This document shows positions 1 to 12,500 of a stretch of 64,000 nucleotides of DNA, piece by piece; the stretch's first letter is position 1, and each line of letters starts with the position of its first letter. This DNA is from Raillietiella orientalis (taxonomy: Eukaryota). The DNA lies in assembly GCA_036172245.1 (NCBI GenBank), contig JAYWIR010000057.1:310001-374000 (forward strand). The letters are read 5' to 3'. The translations under genes and the position numbers were made by a program. Below the pieces are notes generated by a model. It saw nothing but the letters and a program-made list of their open reading frames with translations, was not told where the DNA came from and searched no databases.

Positions 1-364
1 GCAGGTTAACGAAAGGGTGAAGGAATAGATTTGGAAACCAATTCTTTAACTGAGGTCCAGAATTGACCCGGCACTGACCAACTCGAAATCTTTACGAGGT
101 TCCAGCATTTTCGAGGTGGAAAAATCTTGCTATCGCCCTTGTTCCGTTTTTTTTCCTTTCTTTCCTTTTTTGTTAGGTCTACCGGGATTAAAACGCTGGT
201 GTTTCCTGCGTGCTCTTTGTCGTGTCTTCTGAACTTTGAATCCTACATCACCATGGAGACGCTGCACCACCGCCGACTTTGCATCTAAGAAAGGGAAAAA
301 AAACGATTTTAAGAAGAATCAGGATAAAAAAAACAAAAAAAACACACACAAAACGAAATCTTAC

Positions 365-427
365 CAGTTCCTTAAGGAATGCATGAGCTTTCTCTGGAAT
401 GTACCAGAAGAGATCGGAGTAGCCAAT
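365..427 (-). CDS. Candidate internal exon (IGYSDLFWYIPEKAHAFLKEL), product unknown
   Basis: On the minus strand: AG acceptor, 63-nt open frame, then CTG|gtaaga donor and an 80-nt T-rich intron-like stretch ending ...tttcttag at 285. No homology recognised. Confidence 0.25.
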
Positions 428-3330
428 CTTAGGGATGTGGGACGGAATCCCAAATTTTCGAAACAAAAGGAAGCAAAAGATAATCTATGGGATGGAGGGC
501 AACCTTGAGAGCAGGATTGAAATTGCCAGGAGATCAGCATAAATATTTAGAATCGTAGGTGTGACAGAAACTGAGAAGATAAACAAGAATAAAATTACAC
601 AAAGTGATGCAAGCGTCCTTCGTCGCTGCAGATAACGCGTTCCGAGATGTTTAGACTTCAATTTTCAGCCACCTGAGATCATCCCCCCCTCTCTATCTGC
701 AGTTTCCTCATCCGTGAGCTTTTCCGGTTATCGCGACACTCCACGAAAATGGGAAACATTCCGTCGGTGGATGGCGGTTCATCCAATTCATCCTCCCCTT
801 TCTGCTCTTGTGCAGCTGAAGGTGGAGAGGTCCTCCTCGCCTTCGAGCGCTTCCAGCTTCCTCTGAAATCTGGCGATCTCATCGCGCTGGAGATGGCGGA
901 TACGGAGGAGGAACCGTATAAGCATGGCTTCCTCAGGGAAGGCGCCAGGGCTGGAAGTCTGCCCAACTTCCAGACAACAAGGAAACCTTTAACTTCCTCT
1001 GCCACAACTGCGACTGTCATGTTGATATCGGATGCCACACCAACGTTTCCAATTAAATAGTATTTAATTAGCAGCGCATTTGTGGCAACGTCTGTCTTCA
1101 TTACCTGTACTTTTCCCCTTCTTTATAACGTACAATGCCTGTGCCCCGGGATGCACGTCATCGTGCTGCATGTTCCCGTTGATGTACAATCAAACTGCGT
1201 TCAATTCTTAAGACATTTCTCACTTTTATTCCGTGCTTGAAAAATTGCAAAATGGCGTCCTTTTCTCTCCCCTTTCGTGAGCATTTCGCAAAGTTATTCC
1301 TGTCGCTCGAAACCGCAAGCGTAAAGCAGCCATTCTGGCGGGCGCGGAGGGGCTTTGCAGCGACCATCAAGAGGGGGCAGGAAGCCGATACCAAGCGAGA
1401 AGGCAGGCAGTCTTTCTGGAAGCGAGAGACGATGAGGACGAATGAGAATGCTGGAGGAAGAGCGTCGGAGCCCCAAAGGTTCCAACGTGCACCGGCATTC
1501 GCTTCGGCGCCGTTGTCATCAAGCAGCGACTACTCCTTCCAGCTCGTCCGGTGCCACTGGAGGACACCCAGCGTTTCCAGACCGAAAGCCTACTTGAAAA
1601 TTTCAAAGTTCCCGTCTGAGAAAGCTGTACCAAAGGAAACACAAAAGTCATCTGCGGTCATCGAATTATCGTTGATTGGGGATTCTGCCCCGGAGAACCA
1701 CCATCCTCTTTCGGTTGTTTCGCAGAGACCACGATCATCAACGGTTCTTCCTGAAAAGCGATAATCGATAAATCCTCAGCATCCTTCATCGTGATTCGTC
1801 ATTTATCATTGTCGGTGTCCACTCAGATTTCTCAAGGATGGTTATGATGTGCACGGAGATCCCAGTTCAGTGCTACGGAAGCAAAAGGAGGCGACGTAGA
1901 TGAATGGGATGGGAGGCATGAAAGATGGTCTTCTTTCATGCCGTTGCATCTTTGCAGAGGTGGGCGGATGGACTTTTTTTTTTCAGAACTGAAATGAGTG
2001 CAAGAACGTCGTTAGAGACAGGTCACCCCGATGCAGGCTAAACAACTTCTTTGTTTATAAAAACACATTCGCCAAGAAGAAGAAGAAGAAAAAAACACCA
2101 TCATCGCGTTTTGTGTGCGGCCGAGAATCCTCTCGCACCGAGATCTCACCGAGCAGGGGAGTTGCTGCCCTTGAATGGAATTTTCGCCCTTTCGCCCCGC
2201 TCCTCAGACCATCCTAGCAGTCACAAGCGCGAATCCTTCTTAAGAGTGCAAGAAAGAATATTTGTTTAGCAGACTTTCCGATGTTTACACGATCCGAGCG
2301 AACGCAGCAGTTTCCTGCGTTCGCATGTCCCTTTAAGCGCTGCAGCGTTCTGCCCAACACTTCGGAAGAGCGACTGCGTCACCTGCGTGGAGTAGCAGCC
2401 GTTTCCTTCGACCTGAGGTGTCTACGTGCACAGAACACGCGACAAGACTCCAGCTAGATGGTTTTGCAGCTCAGAGACGCATCCCTTCGCGAAGACATTC
2501 GAATGGACACGCCGTTCAGCTTTCCGCTCCGCTGGGTCCCTCGAGAGAAGGTCAAGGTTGACCACAACGTCTTGTGCTTCCACCCCCTTAGGAGTGCAGA
2601 GTTCGCTTTTGATTTCTGCCCTTTCGGCTGCTGACGTTTTCCCATCAATATAATCCGGAGTTCGGGACAAAGATCCCGAAATTGCAGCCACACATCAGTG
2701 GTCACTCGAAAATCCTTAGTGTCTTGGAATCTTTGCTTCCTCTCGCCGCTATGCGAGCTCAGGAGCCAAGTTTCCACTGAAGCTACCGTTTGCTTCTTCC
2801 GTTAGAAACAACGGGCACTATCTTTCGCCCGTCTCAAGCTAAGAAATCGATTCTTAAGAAATCATTTTTAATCCATTGGATGAGGGATCAGCCGCGATGT
2901 GAACCAACCTACAGCCAGAAGTCAGAAGGTCATGCGAAAATCAACACTGGGCAGCTCATCAGAGGACGAATCCATAACGTGCGAGCACGGGTGGCTGTAC
3001 AGAACACCCCACCAATCAGGAAGCAGTTCACCTGTTGGGACCCTCTTGTCTTCGGCAATGAAGACGAATGAATGCACTTGTACGCTTCTCACGCTGTCAC
3101 CACAATTCAGTGGTCATCGGATGCACATTGAACATTATTTTCTCTTCGCAACCACGTTTAGCTGAATTTGGTAGGGTTTTCCACCTCTGCCCCCTTTTCA
3201 AGGACCTCATTTCATCAGAAACTGGCGTCTACTTTTCGGATCACAACGCCAATAGTGAGGAAGTTTTTGCACCTCCGTCAACGTGGTTCCCGGCAAAGCA
3301 TGCTGCGTTTGGCGACGACGCGGAGAGTGC

Positions 3331-4163
3331 CACGCCCGCATTGGGGGCCGTGTGACTGCAGTCTCCGCGAGTTGCACCAAGCGTTGCGCGTTCGAGTCCC
3401 GCCCGTGGAAGGATCGACCCCGAGAAATGGGGTGCATCGTGAGCTACGAGCCCCCCCTGTCCCGCAGGATGACGGTGGCTGGCCCATGGTTTTCGGGTGT
3501 GGCGGCACTGGTGCAAGCCGGAAACTGGATGTTTCCGCTGACTGATACAGGGATTGGATGTTGACCCTCCGGGGGCCTTCCAGAGTCAAGGAGCCGGTTC
3601 CCTCCAGTTGTGAGAATGGAGCTGTACATAAAGCTGGCTGATATCCTCCCCGGGGAGTTGCTTCTCTAGAGTATAAGAAGCGTGCTGCTCCCTTCGAGAA
3701 CTGCGTCCTTCAGAAAAACTGGGGAGCGTCCCATCTGGGTTCTCTTCAGAGAAGCGTCAACAAAAAACGGTTCTCTTGCGGATTCCCTCAGGAGAAGAAA
3801 TTCCAGAAGTGGATTCTTTCCGGGAGGGGTGGCCCCCTCCAGGGGTCCCTCAGGGAGAGGATTCCCTTCGGGGTTCCCTACCAAGAGTAAGAGGAATGGA
3901 CTGCCTCCTCCGGAGCCTTCCTGGATTCATAGGTTGTCCCTTCGGGGTTCCTCCCTAACTTGAAAAGTTACACGCACCCTCTGGTGACATGGACAGTGTT
4001 AAAGAGCTTTGCGATCCCCTCCTATGGAAGCGAACGGAATCTCAGCATTCCTTGAGAACCAAAAAAAAAAAAGAAAAAACGAAAAAAAAAAAAAAAAACT
4101 GGAAGGAAAGCAGCAAAACAGAAAAGAACCTTAAAGGGATCGCTGCTGCTATTCTGGGGAGTG
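3331..4163 (+). mobile_element. Repeat A copy 1: tRNA-headed SINE-like element, interrupted near its 3' end by a LINE fragment
   Basis: B-box-like GTTCGAGTCCC at ~3390-3400. Colinear similarity with the copies at 18.3-19.2, 23-27.4, 29.7-30.5 and 63.0-63.6 kb (ggaaggatcgac.ccgagaaatggg; gggattggatgttgaccctcc; ccctaacttgaa). Internal A-tract at 4061-4098. Confidence 0.8.
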
Positions 4164-5015
4164 ATCTGCAGCATAGCAGCAAAAACAAAACTTCTGGAGG
4201 GGAGTGGACAACTCGGGAAGTAACGGACGCTGCGACCCCGAGTGTCCCACCGCACGGACTTGTATGCTTGTATTCCTCCGGAGGAGGTGAAGTGACTCTC
4301 AGCGTGCGGGAACAGCTGCACCCTCCCACTCAAGTGGCAGAACTTGGCGTTGCTGGTGGTGCATGGGGGAATCCCGTGCAAATCACGCCTTCACCACTGG
4401 ACACGGGGGAGTGTCAACGCTCAATGAGGCAGGTACGGGAAGAAGGAGACCTTCTCGCACCTATTGCTGGACTGTGACCCCTTCGGAATAGACTCGCAAC
4501 GATCCTAGGAATGTCCCGGCCAGCAGCCCCATGGACATTTTCAGACGCCTCTCCGTGCGTGCCGCTCTGCCGTCAGCCGCATCCCCCGCAGTTCTCTGCT
4601 GCGTCCGCGGATTCGTGGCAGCCTGGAACACGGGAAGAAGAGGCCAGAATGGCAGGGACGCCATCCACTGGGCGCGAATCTTACCGAGGACCGCCTCGAA
4701 ATGGCTCCACCTGGTCACTATCCGGAGAGAACTTGCCAGTATCCTAAACAGGATGCAGAGGACGCCTGGACGCGTACTGCGATCCCTTCCTCAGTCCCCC
4801 CCCTCTTCCCCGTGAAAAATTTCCTCTCCCCTGTGTTTGCGTGTTTTATTTTATTTTACTTTTCCCCCTTCCTCCACGCTGCTGAAGCGGGCCTCACGGG
4901 TCTGCATAGCGGTCCTCGGCAGGTTCGTTGCGCGTGGTTCTACCCAATGGTTCTACCACACCAATGTATTTTTGTCACTTTATTTAATAAATGCCCCGGC
5001 ATAATTGGGTGATAA
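4164..5015 (+). mobile_element. 5'-truncated, decayed L1/Tx1-clade LINE (ORF2 C-terminus and 3' UTR)
   Basis: Matches 26380-27190 (gacgctgcgaccccgagt...). Degenerate zinc-knuckle region (...HLLLDC). ORF 4531-4815 aligns with the ORF2 C-terminus of the other copies. 3' end aataaatgccccggcataattgggtgataa. Confidence 0.85.
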
Positions 5016-5070
5016 TCATTCTGGGCCAGTGGTAACGATCTTCCCGTGAGGTCTTCACTGGCCTTTTAAA
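5016..5070 (+). mobile_element. Continuation of Repeat A copy 1 after the LINE insertion
   Basis: atcattctgggccagtggtaacgatcttcccgtgaggtcttcactggccttttaaaa aligns with the reverse complement of ~23005-23062 (atcatcctaagccaatagtaatgatctttccgtaagatctccactggagttttttaaaa). Confidence 0.65.
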
Positions 5071-8000
5071 AGACACGGAGAGGAAATGCTCCAGTAACAT
5101 GGACGCTTGTGGTCCGTAAGGAATTGCTTCCAAATTTTAACATCACAAATTTTAACCAGCCGTGCATTTCTCTAACGCAGACACTGAAGAAGACACAGAA
5201 CCACGAGTGTTATGTTCTCAGAATGTCGACGCTGTGAGACAGCTCACAACAGCAACTTCCACATTTCATCCGGCACTCATGAGCAAACTACGTGACGTAT
5301 GGAATTCTGCTTCGTGAGTGCATCTGTTAGATTCCCAACCTCCCCCACCCTCCTTCTTCTTCCTGTTCTCTACGGGACGAATTTTTTAGGTGAATCGTTG
5401 GATTCCAAGTTCATATTCATCATTTGAATATCTTCAAGGGCTTCGACAGGAGAATGATTGCTGCTGCTATCCAACGCTCTGACCGCGGAGACGCTGCAGA
5501 TTTCAAGCGTCTCCCAGCAAAAGAGTCGCGTCTTCGAAAGGGGGGAGGGAAGGAAGGAAGAAACGAGCAGGCTGCAGTTATCCAAAAAAACCCCGTCTCC
5601 ATTTGCAATCAATCAGGAGAATAATCACTCAGGGAGGTATCCTATTTTTCATGCACCTTTCCTGATGTGCTTTCCACTCCTTTCGTCTCCGCTGAAAGCC
5701 TTCGATCTTTTCGGCACGACCGCAGCTCGCGCCGCCAGACGGTTCGAGCATCAGCAGCGGCTACACTTGAAGGAGGCAACCATGTTCTTCAGGCTGAGAG
5801 ATTGTTGGCTGGGCTGACTTGCCACTTTCCAGAGTCCTCGAAGAGTGCGCCATGTAAATCCAAGAGGAAAGAAGGGAATTCCTGGAGGAGCAGCTCGTGT
5901 GATTAATTTCTCGGAAGGACAAGGGTGGCATTTGCTCCGGAAACAAATCGGAACCCTGACAGTCCGCATGCTTTCGTCTGCGGCGCATTCTCAGCTGATG
6001 AGACAATTCAGCAGGGAGCGAAAGCCAAAATCCCGAATCCCTTCGTGCTTCTGAGAGCATCTTCCACGTGCCGCTTCCATCACGCGCAGTCGATCGAACG
6101 GCGCCGGTTGCGGGTGGATCAGAGTTATTGCCGCGCCATGTTGTTCGCCTCTCATCCACCCATCCAGAGCATCATTTTCTGAACCGTTTTTCATTTCCTC
6201 ACGGCTCCTGTAAAAGCTTCCTAATGCCTGAAGCGGTATCAAATCCGTCTCCGCCAGAAGGCGTCGCAGACGTGCTGCTTTCTGGGTCCTGAAATCGGAC
6301 ACTTTTTTTTTTTTTAAAGGTGTTCCTCAAGAGTTTCACCGAATATTCCCAAGTCCTTTCCTATAGGTTACCTGTGATTTATGACGCAGCAGTAAAAGAT
6401 ATCCGTGAGATTATTTCTTAAGCCCAGTTTATCCTGTGGCTCGTTAGCATGGAAACGGAACCATCAAAACAAATCATATCCGCCCGCGAATGGATTTGTG
6501 ATCTCTGGTCTCCCCAAAATTCATAAAAGCAAACTTAAAGAGCGAAAGAGCTCTACAGTTTAAAAAAAAAAAAGAAAAAGAAAAAGCTTCCCTATTTTTT
6601 CCAAACTCCTGCCTTATTTGCTTCTCGATATCGTGTGTCCGCAGCTAAGCGCAGACTTCCCCATATCCTGGCTGTTTCTCGACAGCCGTGATGATCAGCA
6701 GTTGAAATGAAATCCTCCCGGGGCGGACTTACGCACCCGAGAGCGAGAGATGGACGCAGGTCTCCCCTTTCGTCCACCAAAGAGAAGCAGGCTGCGAACC
6801 AGAGGCGGAATCCGCTGACTTCCTGAAAGGCAGGCAGCTTCCAGGGTTCTTTTAGACCGGAGTTGGGATGAGGAGTCAGTCTTACAGAGAATTCGGAAAG
6901 CCTCCGAAGCAATGATGCTCCTTAACTAGAAATCCCCTGACTATAAATAACTTCTTGCTCACAGGACTCTTACGAGAGCTCGTAGCATGCGGCACGTTTG
7001 ATCGAGCCAGACAGTGTCATGGAAACCGCCTTCCCTGATAGGGGAGTCGCTCGATTTCCGTTTCGAATCCCTCCAAAACGAGACGACCGTCGTCTCCTGA
7101 AGATGAACGAAGAGCCTAGATAACACTGAACGGCTCCGAGATGCTTTCTTCAGAAAGCGATCACTGCGCTATCAAGTAGCTCAGTACCTGCCTGACTGAG
7201 CGGAAGGTCACCTAGGCAACGCTGGCATGTTTTGTCGGACGTGTCGAGAGCCTTCTTAGCATCTGAGATGGGCGCGTATGAATGCTGCTAGCAGCTCTGT
7301 GTTCTTCCCGGAACCAGTCGGTCTTCATAAATACTGGGGCTGCAAAAAATAATCCACCCAAGCAATTAACGTGTGGAGTCTCCATGGAATCGTGAGAAAA
7401 TTTCCAGATCGTCCCAGAACGTTTGGAAAGATACAACTTGAGGCAACCATAGAAATGATGAGAACGTTCTTCAATGAATCCAGCGGAGAGAGAGAGAGAG
7501 AGAGGAAGGAAAAAAAGTGGACGTGCCAAGAGATGCAGAAAGTCCTTAGCCGAACTCTCAATGTCCTCTGCTTCGGCTTCAAGGTGGTCAACAACTGAAG
7601 TGACTTATTATTTTCTAGAAATTTCGCTGCCTGCTCGAAGTTCGCTCCCCCCCCCCCATGGGCGAATCCAACTAGGAAGTAGGTGTAGGATTAGGTGGAT
7701 TCCCACCACCGCCCCAGCAAATCGGGTCTCTTCAGCAGCCTGCCTTGCTCGCGTCTGAAGCAACAACCTCTCCCGAAGGAATGGAGCAGTGCTTATTCAG
7801 CGATGACAGGATTCTGTATACAGAACACGCAACTTGATTACGCACGACTGCATCTTCCTCCTAAGATGCTTTGACTCGCGCCTCCTGCCGAAGTACACTA
7901 ATCCGGAGCTCTATGTATTTATGGTTCCGTGTAAATACACTGAACTCGAGGCCATGAATAAATCCAAACAACTTCCACTCTTGAAACATCCCTCCTGCGC

Positions 8001-9510
8001 TGTGATTTCAAAAGAGGCTGTACAAGATGCATTTGGTCCGGGAAGCACTTTTACTATCGGCAACCAGCAAGCAGATCCTAGAATCCAGTCAGAAGCGAAT
8101 ATTCTTCGTGTACGAGCTACCTGGTCCGTTGTACCGAACATAAATCTAGCAGGGCGCGCGATGCTCCTCATGCTCTTGGATGGAAAATTCCGCTGAGATA
8201 AATTTATGTATCGAACTGAAGCACGGAGAAATAGTGGACAGGTTCTCAATCAGTGTGCTGATCACGTGGGCATCTCAGGAGAAATTCCATGAACTCGGGG
8301 TCCATATCTAGCAGAAGTAGTGAAGGAAGAACACGCTCTCTTTTCCTCCTTTTTCTCAGGAAAAATCCTCTAAAAGCTGTAGAATGCAAAACTCCAAGCC
8401 GAGTTTATTGTCAAAAAAGAAAGACACTTCCTAATGAAGCTTTTGCTCGAGCATTCTGGTATTCCTGGATTCGATTGGAATTTTTGCTTCCTCTATGCAC
8501 TTGAACACGCAAAGAAAATACTTGTTCGCTTTTCGTGGACTCCGAGATTCAAGGATTCGAAGAGCCTCTGCGAATACGTGGACAGGGGATTCCGCGGGAG
8601 CAGTATTTTGCCACGTTGCTCCACTGACTCCTAACCTCCAACATTTTAGTCTCATTTCCAAGGCAGACCTGAAACTCAGTTCTCCTAATACATCCAGTGA
8701 GGAATGCACACCTCTCATGGTGAGCTTTCATATTTATGATCCCATAATAAAGATGAAAAAGAGTTATAAATGACTTCCATCGCATCAATCTGAGTCACAC
8801 GTATGTCTTAAGCGTACAAAAACTTTTCCTATCCGTAAGCTAAAACTTACAATTCTTCATTTGGTACGCGTTCGCAAAAAAAAAAAAAAAAAAAAAGTTC
8901 AATTCTTTAGTCCTCTATAGCGCGCCATTAATTGCATCTGTGATCCGAATCTCGTTTGGTTGCAAGCAGTGGATGCCACGTCCTAGTCTGCAGGTACATT
9001 CTTTCATGAAAGCTATTCCTGAGAAGCATCCAGAGAAAACATATTAACATTCCTCTCCTTGTAGGGGGAGCACATTAAGAGAAAGCACAGTCTAGCGAAA
9101 AACGCACGTCCGTGTCCGACAAAACGATGCAAGGAGATTCGTCAGTCCAGACAGTCATCAGCCTGATGCAATTAGCACCAGCGATGATGCAATTAAGCCT
9201 TAACCCGAAGCTCCATTTCCCAAGTACATTTGGATCCAACCGACGCTTTCGGTGTATCCCAGATGCCCTTCGATGGGCAGCCTCGTCCACCTGCTTTCGA
9301 TCTCGATTTTTTTCGAGAGCGTTCTGCCGTTGAGTGACCCGCGGTTACGAGAGAGCTCGACTCGGTGAGTGCACGTAAAGGGAACCCAGCGTAAGAGGAA
9401 TCGAAGACACAAATTTCAGTCGTCACAGAGATTCCAGAATGAGCTTCGAGGATACCTTTGTTTTTGCAGTGATCACGACCAGTATTTTATTTTCTTCCTC
9501 GTGGTTTTGC

Positions 9511-9548
9511 GATCCAATCCCATGTGGTATGCCACATGGGATTGGATC
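9511..9548. repeat. Inverted repeat with perfect 17-bp arms and a 4-nt spacer
   Basis: GATCCAATCCCATGTGG-TATG-CCACATGGGATTGGATC, read directly. Confidence 0.9.
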
Positions 9549-12500
9549 AGCCGCATCGTGGAGATTTTTCTACACATGCTGCCCAGGGCCGATTGCAAGG
9601 TGATCCCTCATGCTCTTCACCTCTTGGGTCTGCGAAAAAAAAGGGGAGCACCGACTCGAGAACATTCGTCTCTTGTGCTTGAAAAAGAGAGGCACCAACG
9701 TTAATCAGGGAAAGACGGGAGCTCGGAAACGACCTGAAGTCTCCGAGTTGTGGAGTATCTCTCAAACGGTATCGAGCGGAATGGTGGAGAGCCTTCCTTC
9801 TAGAAACCGTAGACTTCTGCAGAGGGTTATCCATGATATCACTGCTCAGAAACTTTCCTTGGGACGATTCGAGGTGTACAAGCTCAGATTCATCAGGATG
9901 GGAAGAGGACAATGGACAGTTGAAAGCCGATATGACGCCTCCGGTTCACGCAAGAGTGGTGGGTTATCTTCAGTAAGCCCAAAGGGAAAGGGCAGACTCA
10001 AGGCTCAACTGCACAATAAATTCAATATGGAGCGGAGAGCTCTGCCGGACGTTCTGGGGGCAGCAGCACCTGTTGCGGCGGCTGATGAACACCGCTCAAA
10101 TTTTCGCGTTTGCTCCAGACACAGATTCCCGCTGAACCGGGGCTCGCTCCACTGAGGTGGATGCCATCAGCAAAGGAGGGAGTATTCAACCACCCAAGCT
10201 GCCGTTTGCGAGGTCCATCCTTGCTGCCTCCCTCGCAGACTGCACATCTTCCGCGCTGCAGCTTTTTCGACTCGGTGGCTGCGGTGCTCTAAAAGGCCAG
10301 CTGCCTGCTTTACGTGACCTCATCTCGTTCTTGTCTCTGCTTCGCGGCCGGTTCGGCGGACCAAAAACCTGGGCGAGCCTGAATTCTCCCTTCTAGGGAG
10401 ACCTTCGCTTGTTGGGCAAAGGCTGAGCTGAGGATCGATTCCTGCCGGGAGGAGGAAACGCAGGAGCACCCGGACTGGCGAGCGCCGAGCCGGATCGTGT
10501 ACCGAGGTGAAGATCTCTCGAGTGCTTGCGAGCGACTCTGGGAGGAAGAGGAATGCTATCCCTCCTCCTCCTCCCATTCCGTTCGCTCTCTTTTTCTCGG
10601 GAGAGTGCCTGCTGAATGGAAAGAAGAAAAAAATAGTTGCTTGGCACTTGACAGTCATTGATTGAACGACCATCCCCAGGAAGCAAGCTTGTTGTGCGCC
10701 TGCGAATGCACCAGTGCATCCACCTGTTCCTTTATCTCCCGAATCTCTGGTTTCTCCTTTTTATCTGTCTGAATGCATCAATAGCTGAACCAAAGCTGCC
10801 CACCCACTGGTGCTCGCTTCCTGTCTTTTGCGGTTTTCTACTTTTTTTTTCCTTCTCCCCTCGATCTCATTAACAGATAGAAGGAGTTTCGATTCATTTT
10901 ATAGTTCTTGTTCACTTCTTGGAACTGTAAAAAGTTCGTCTTCTCGTGAGCCGCCTCGGGGAGGAAAAAAAATAAAGAAGTAAAAAAATGATCTTTACAC
11001 GAGTTATTTTCATGTTTGCACTTCATCTTGTTTCATCTGTTTCCTCCAAAATTATCCAGGAGTTGCATCAGCAGCTCCACTCTTGTTAACTCGTGCAAAC
11101 GTAGTGGTGCAAGGAGCGCCTCCAAGCGTTCGGGATGGTTGAGCGGTGATGCGGTTTCCAAGCAACCCGTTTCGATTGCTTGCACATTCGCTTCTTTGCA
11201 AAGAGGGAACGTTGCTGCTCGTTGAGGCCCAACAGAGTAGACCTCAGGTGCATCTCGTTGTGGCGCCGCAGTCGGATCTTTTCGGAAGATTCAATTCCTG
11301 CGCCGCCAGCGGCTTTCCAACTGCAGTGTCGCATGCGATCCCAGCTCGATCTCTTGTTAATCTTCAGGCCCGAGTTCAGCCATTTCGTTTCCTCTCGTCT
11401 TGCTGGAAATCGCCTTTTTATGCGAGTCCGTTCGGAATGGCGAACGGGGGACGCGCATCTCTTGGATTTCGCAGCGTCGGAAACTTTCCAGTGCTCGCAG
11501 AATCAAAATGAAAGGCGCGGGTGGGTTTCCGAGCCTCCAGAGAAAAGGATGGTGCCCGCAAAGCTCGTTCCCTTGACGATCACTCCGCGTCCTGTTCCTT
11601 CCCCCTGGGGGATGCCGTGAAAACAAGGGAAGGCTCATACCGTTAGATCTGCATCCACCCTGACAACTTCGGTCTTTCTTTCTTCCTTCCGAGTGGAGGC
11701 TCGGATGGGTCGATAGCCTTTCGCAAGGGAGGGTCCACACCCTCACTTCGGACTCTGTGCTTTCTGTGCGTTCACCAGGACGTTTTGTCGACATTTCGAA
11801 ACCGGGCACCCGCATGCAGTGATTTCCCTGCGTGGTGAGTCCGTCTCCTGAAGAAACCTGAAAGTGCTTGAGTGATCGAGAACAGTTGTCCACATCTGTC
11901 CTCCTTGAGGACGAAGTATCTTTGCGAGCAGCATACACGGCCCAAAGGGCGAATACACATTGATCTTTTGGGAGCGTAGATTGACCTTCGTAATTGCATT
12001 CTTCCCTCTATTGCAGTGGGCATCAAATGCCCTTCTGTTCATTTCGAAGTGTACCCGATGATGAGTCCCCACTAATCTCAAATTTCTGCTTTCTTCGCCA
12101 TCCATGAATTTCCGTTTTCGGGCTTTCGGGTCAGAAGGCGTGGTCTTCACGGGTGCAAGCATCGGCGTCTGTTTTCGAGTGTCCCTCATAAAAGTTGGGA
12201 AAAAGGGAAAAGCAGATCTTTTAAAAGGAAGAAAAGAAGAAAAAAAAAAGGAAGAAGAAAACAGCTGGAAACGTCTCTCGTTCGCTTTAGCAAGCAGAGG
12301 CAACCGCTTTGTTTCCTCTGGAACTGCTGTTGGAGGCCCTGATCTCATTTGCTTCTCAGATAAGGAACGCGCACGTTCGTCACTCGGATTTCCGCTAGGT
12401 GCGCGGGGATACTGCACCGAAAGAAGTAGAGGAAAGGCTTCTTCAAAAGCAAGAATTTGCGAAAACAAATCTGCAGCCCTGAACGTGCATCCTTCCTAGG

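Noticed and set aside
3345..3420. Repeat A heads as functional tRNA genes
   Set aside because: Only the T-arm/B box is recognisable. Copies are diverged and continue into a shared non-tRNA body.
3700..3960. Subrepeats as a CRISPR-like array
   Set aside because: Units are degenerate and irregular, lie inside a dispersed repeat, and no cas genes are present in this eukaryotic context.
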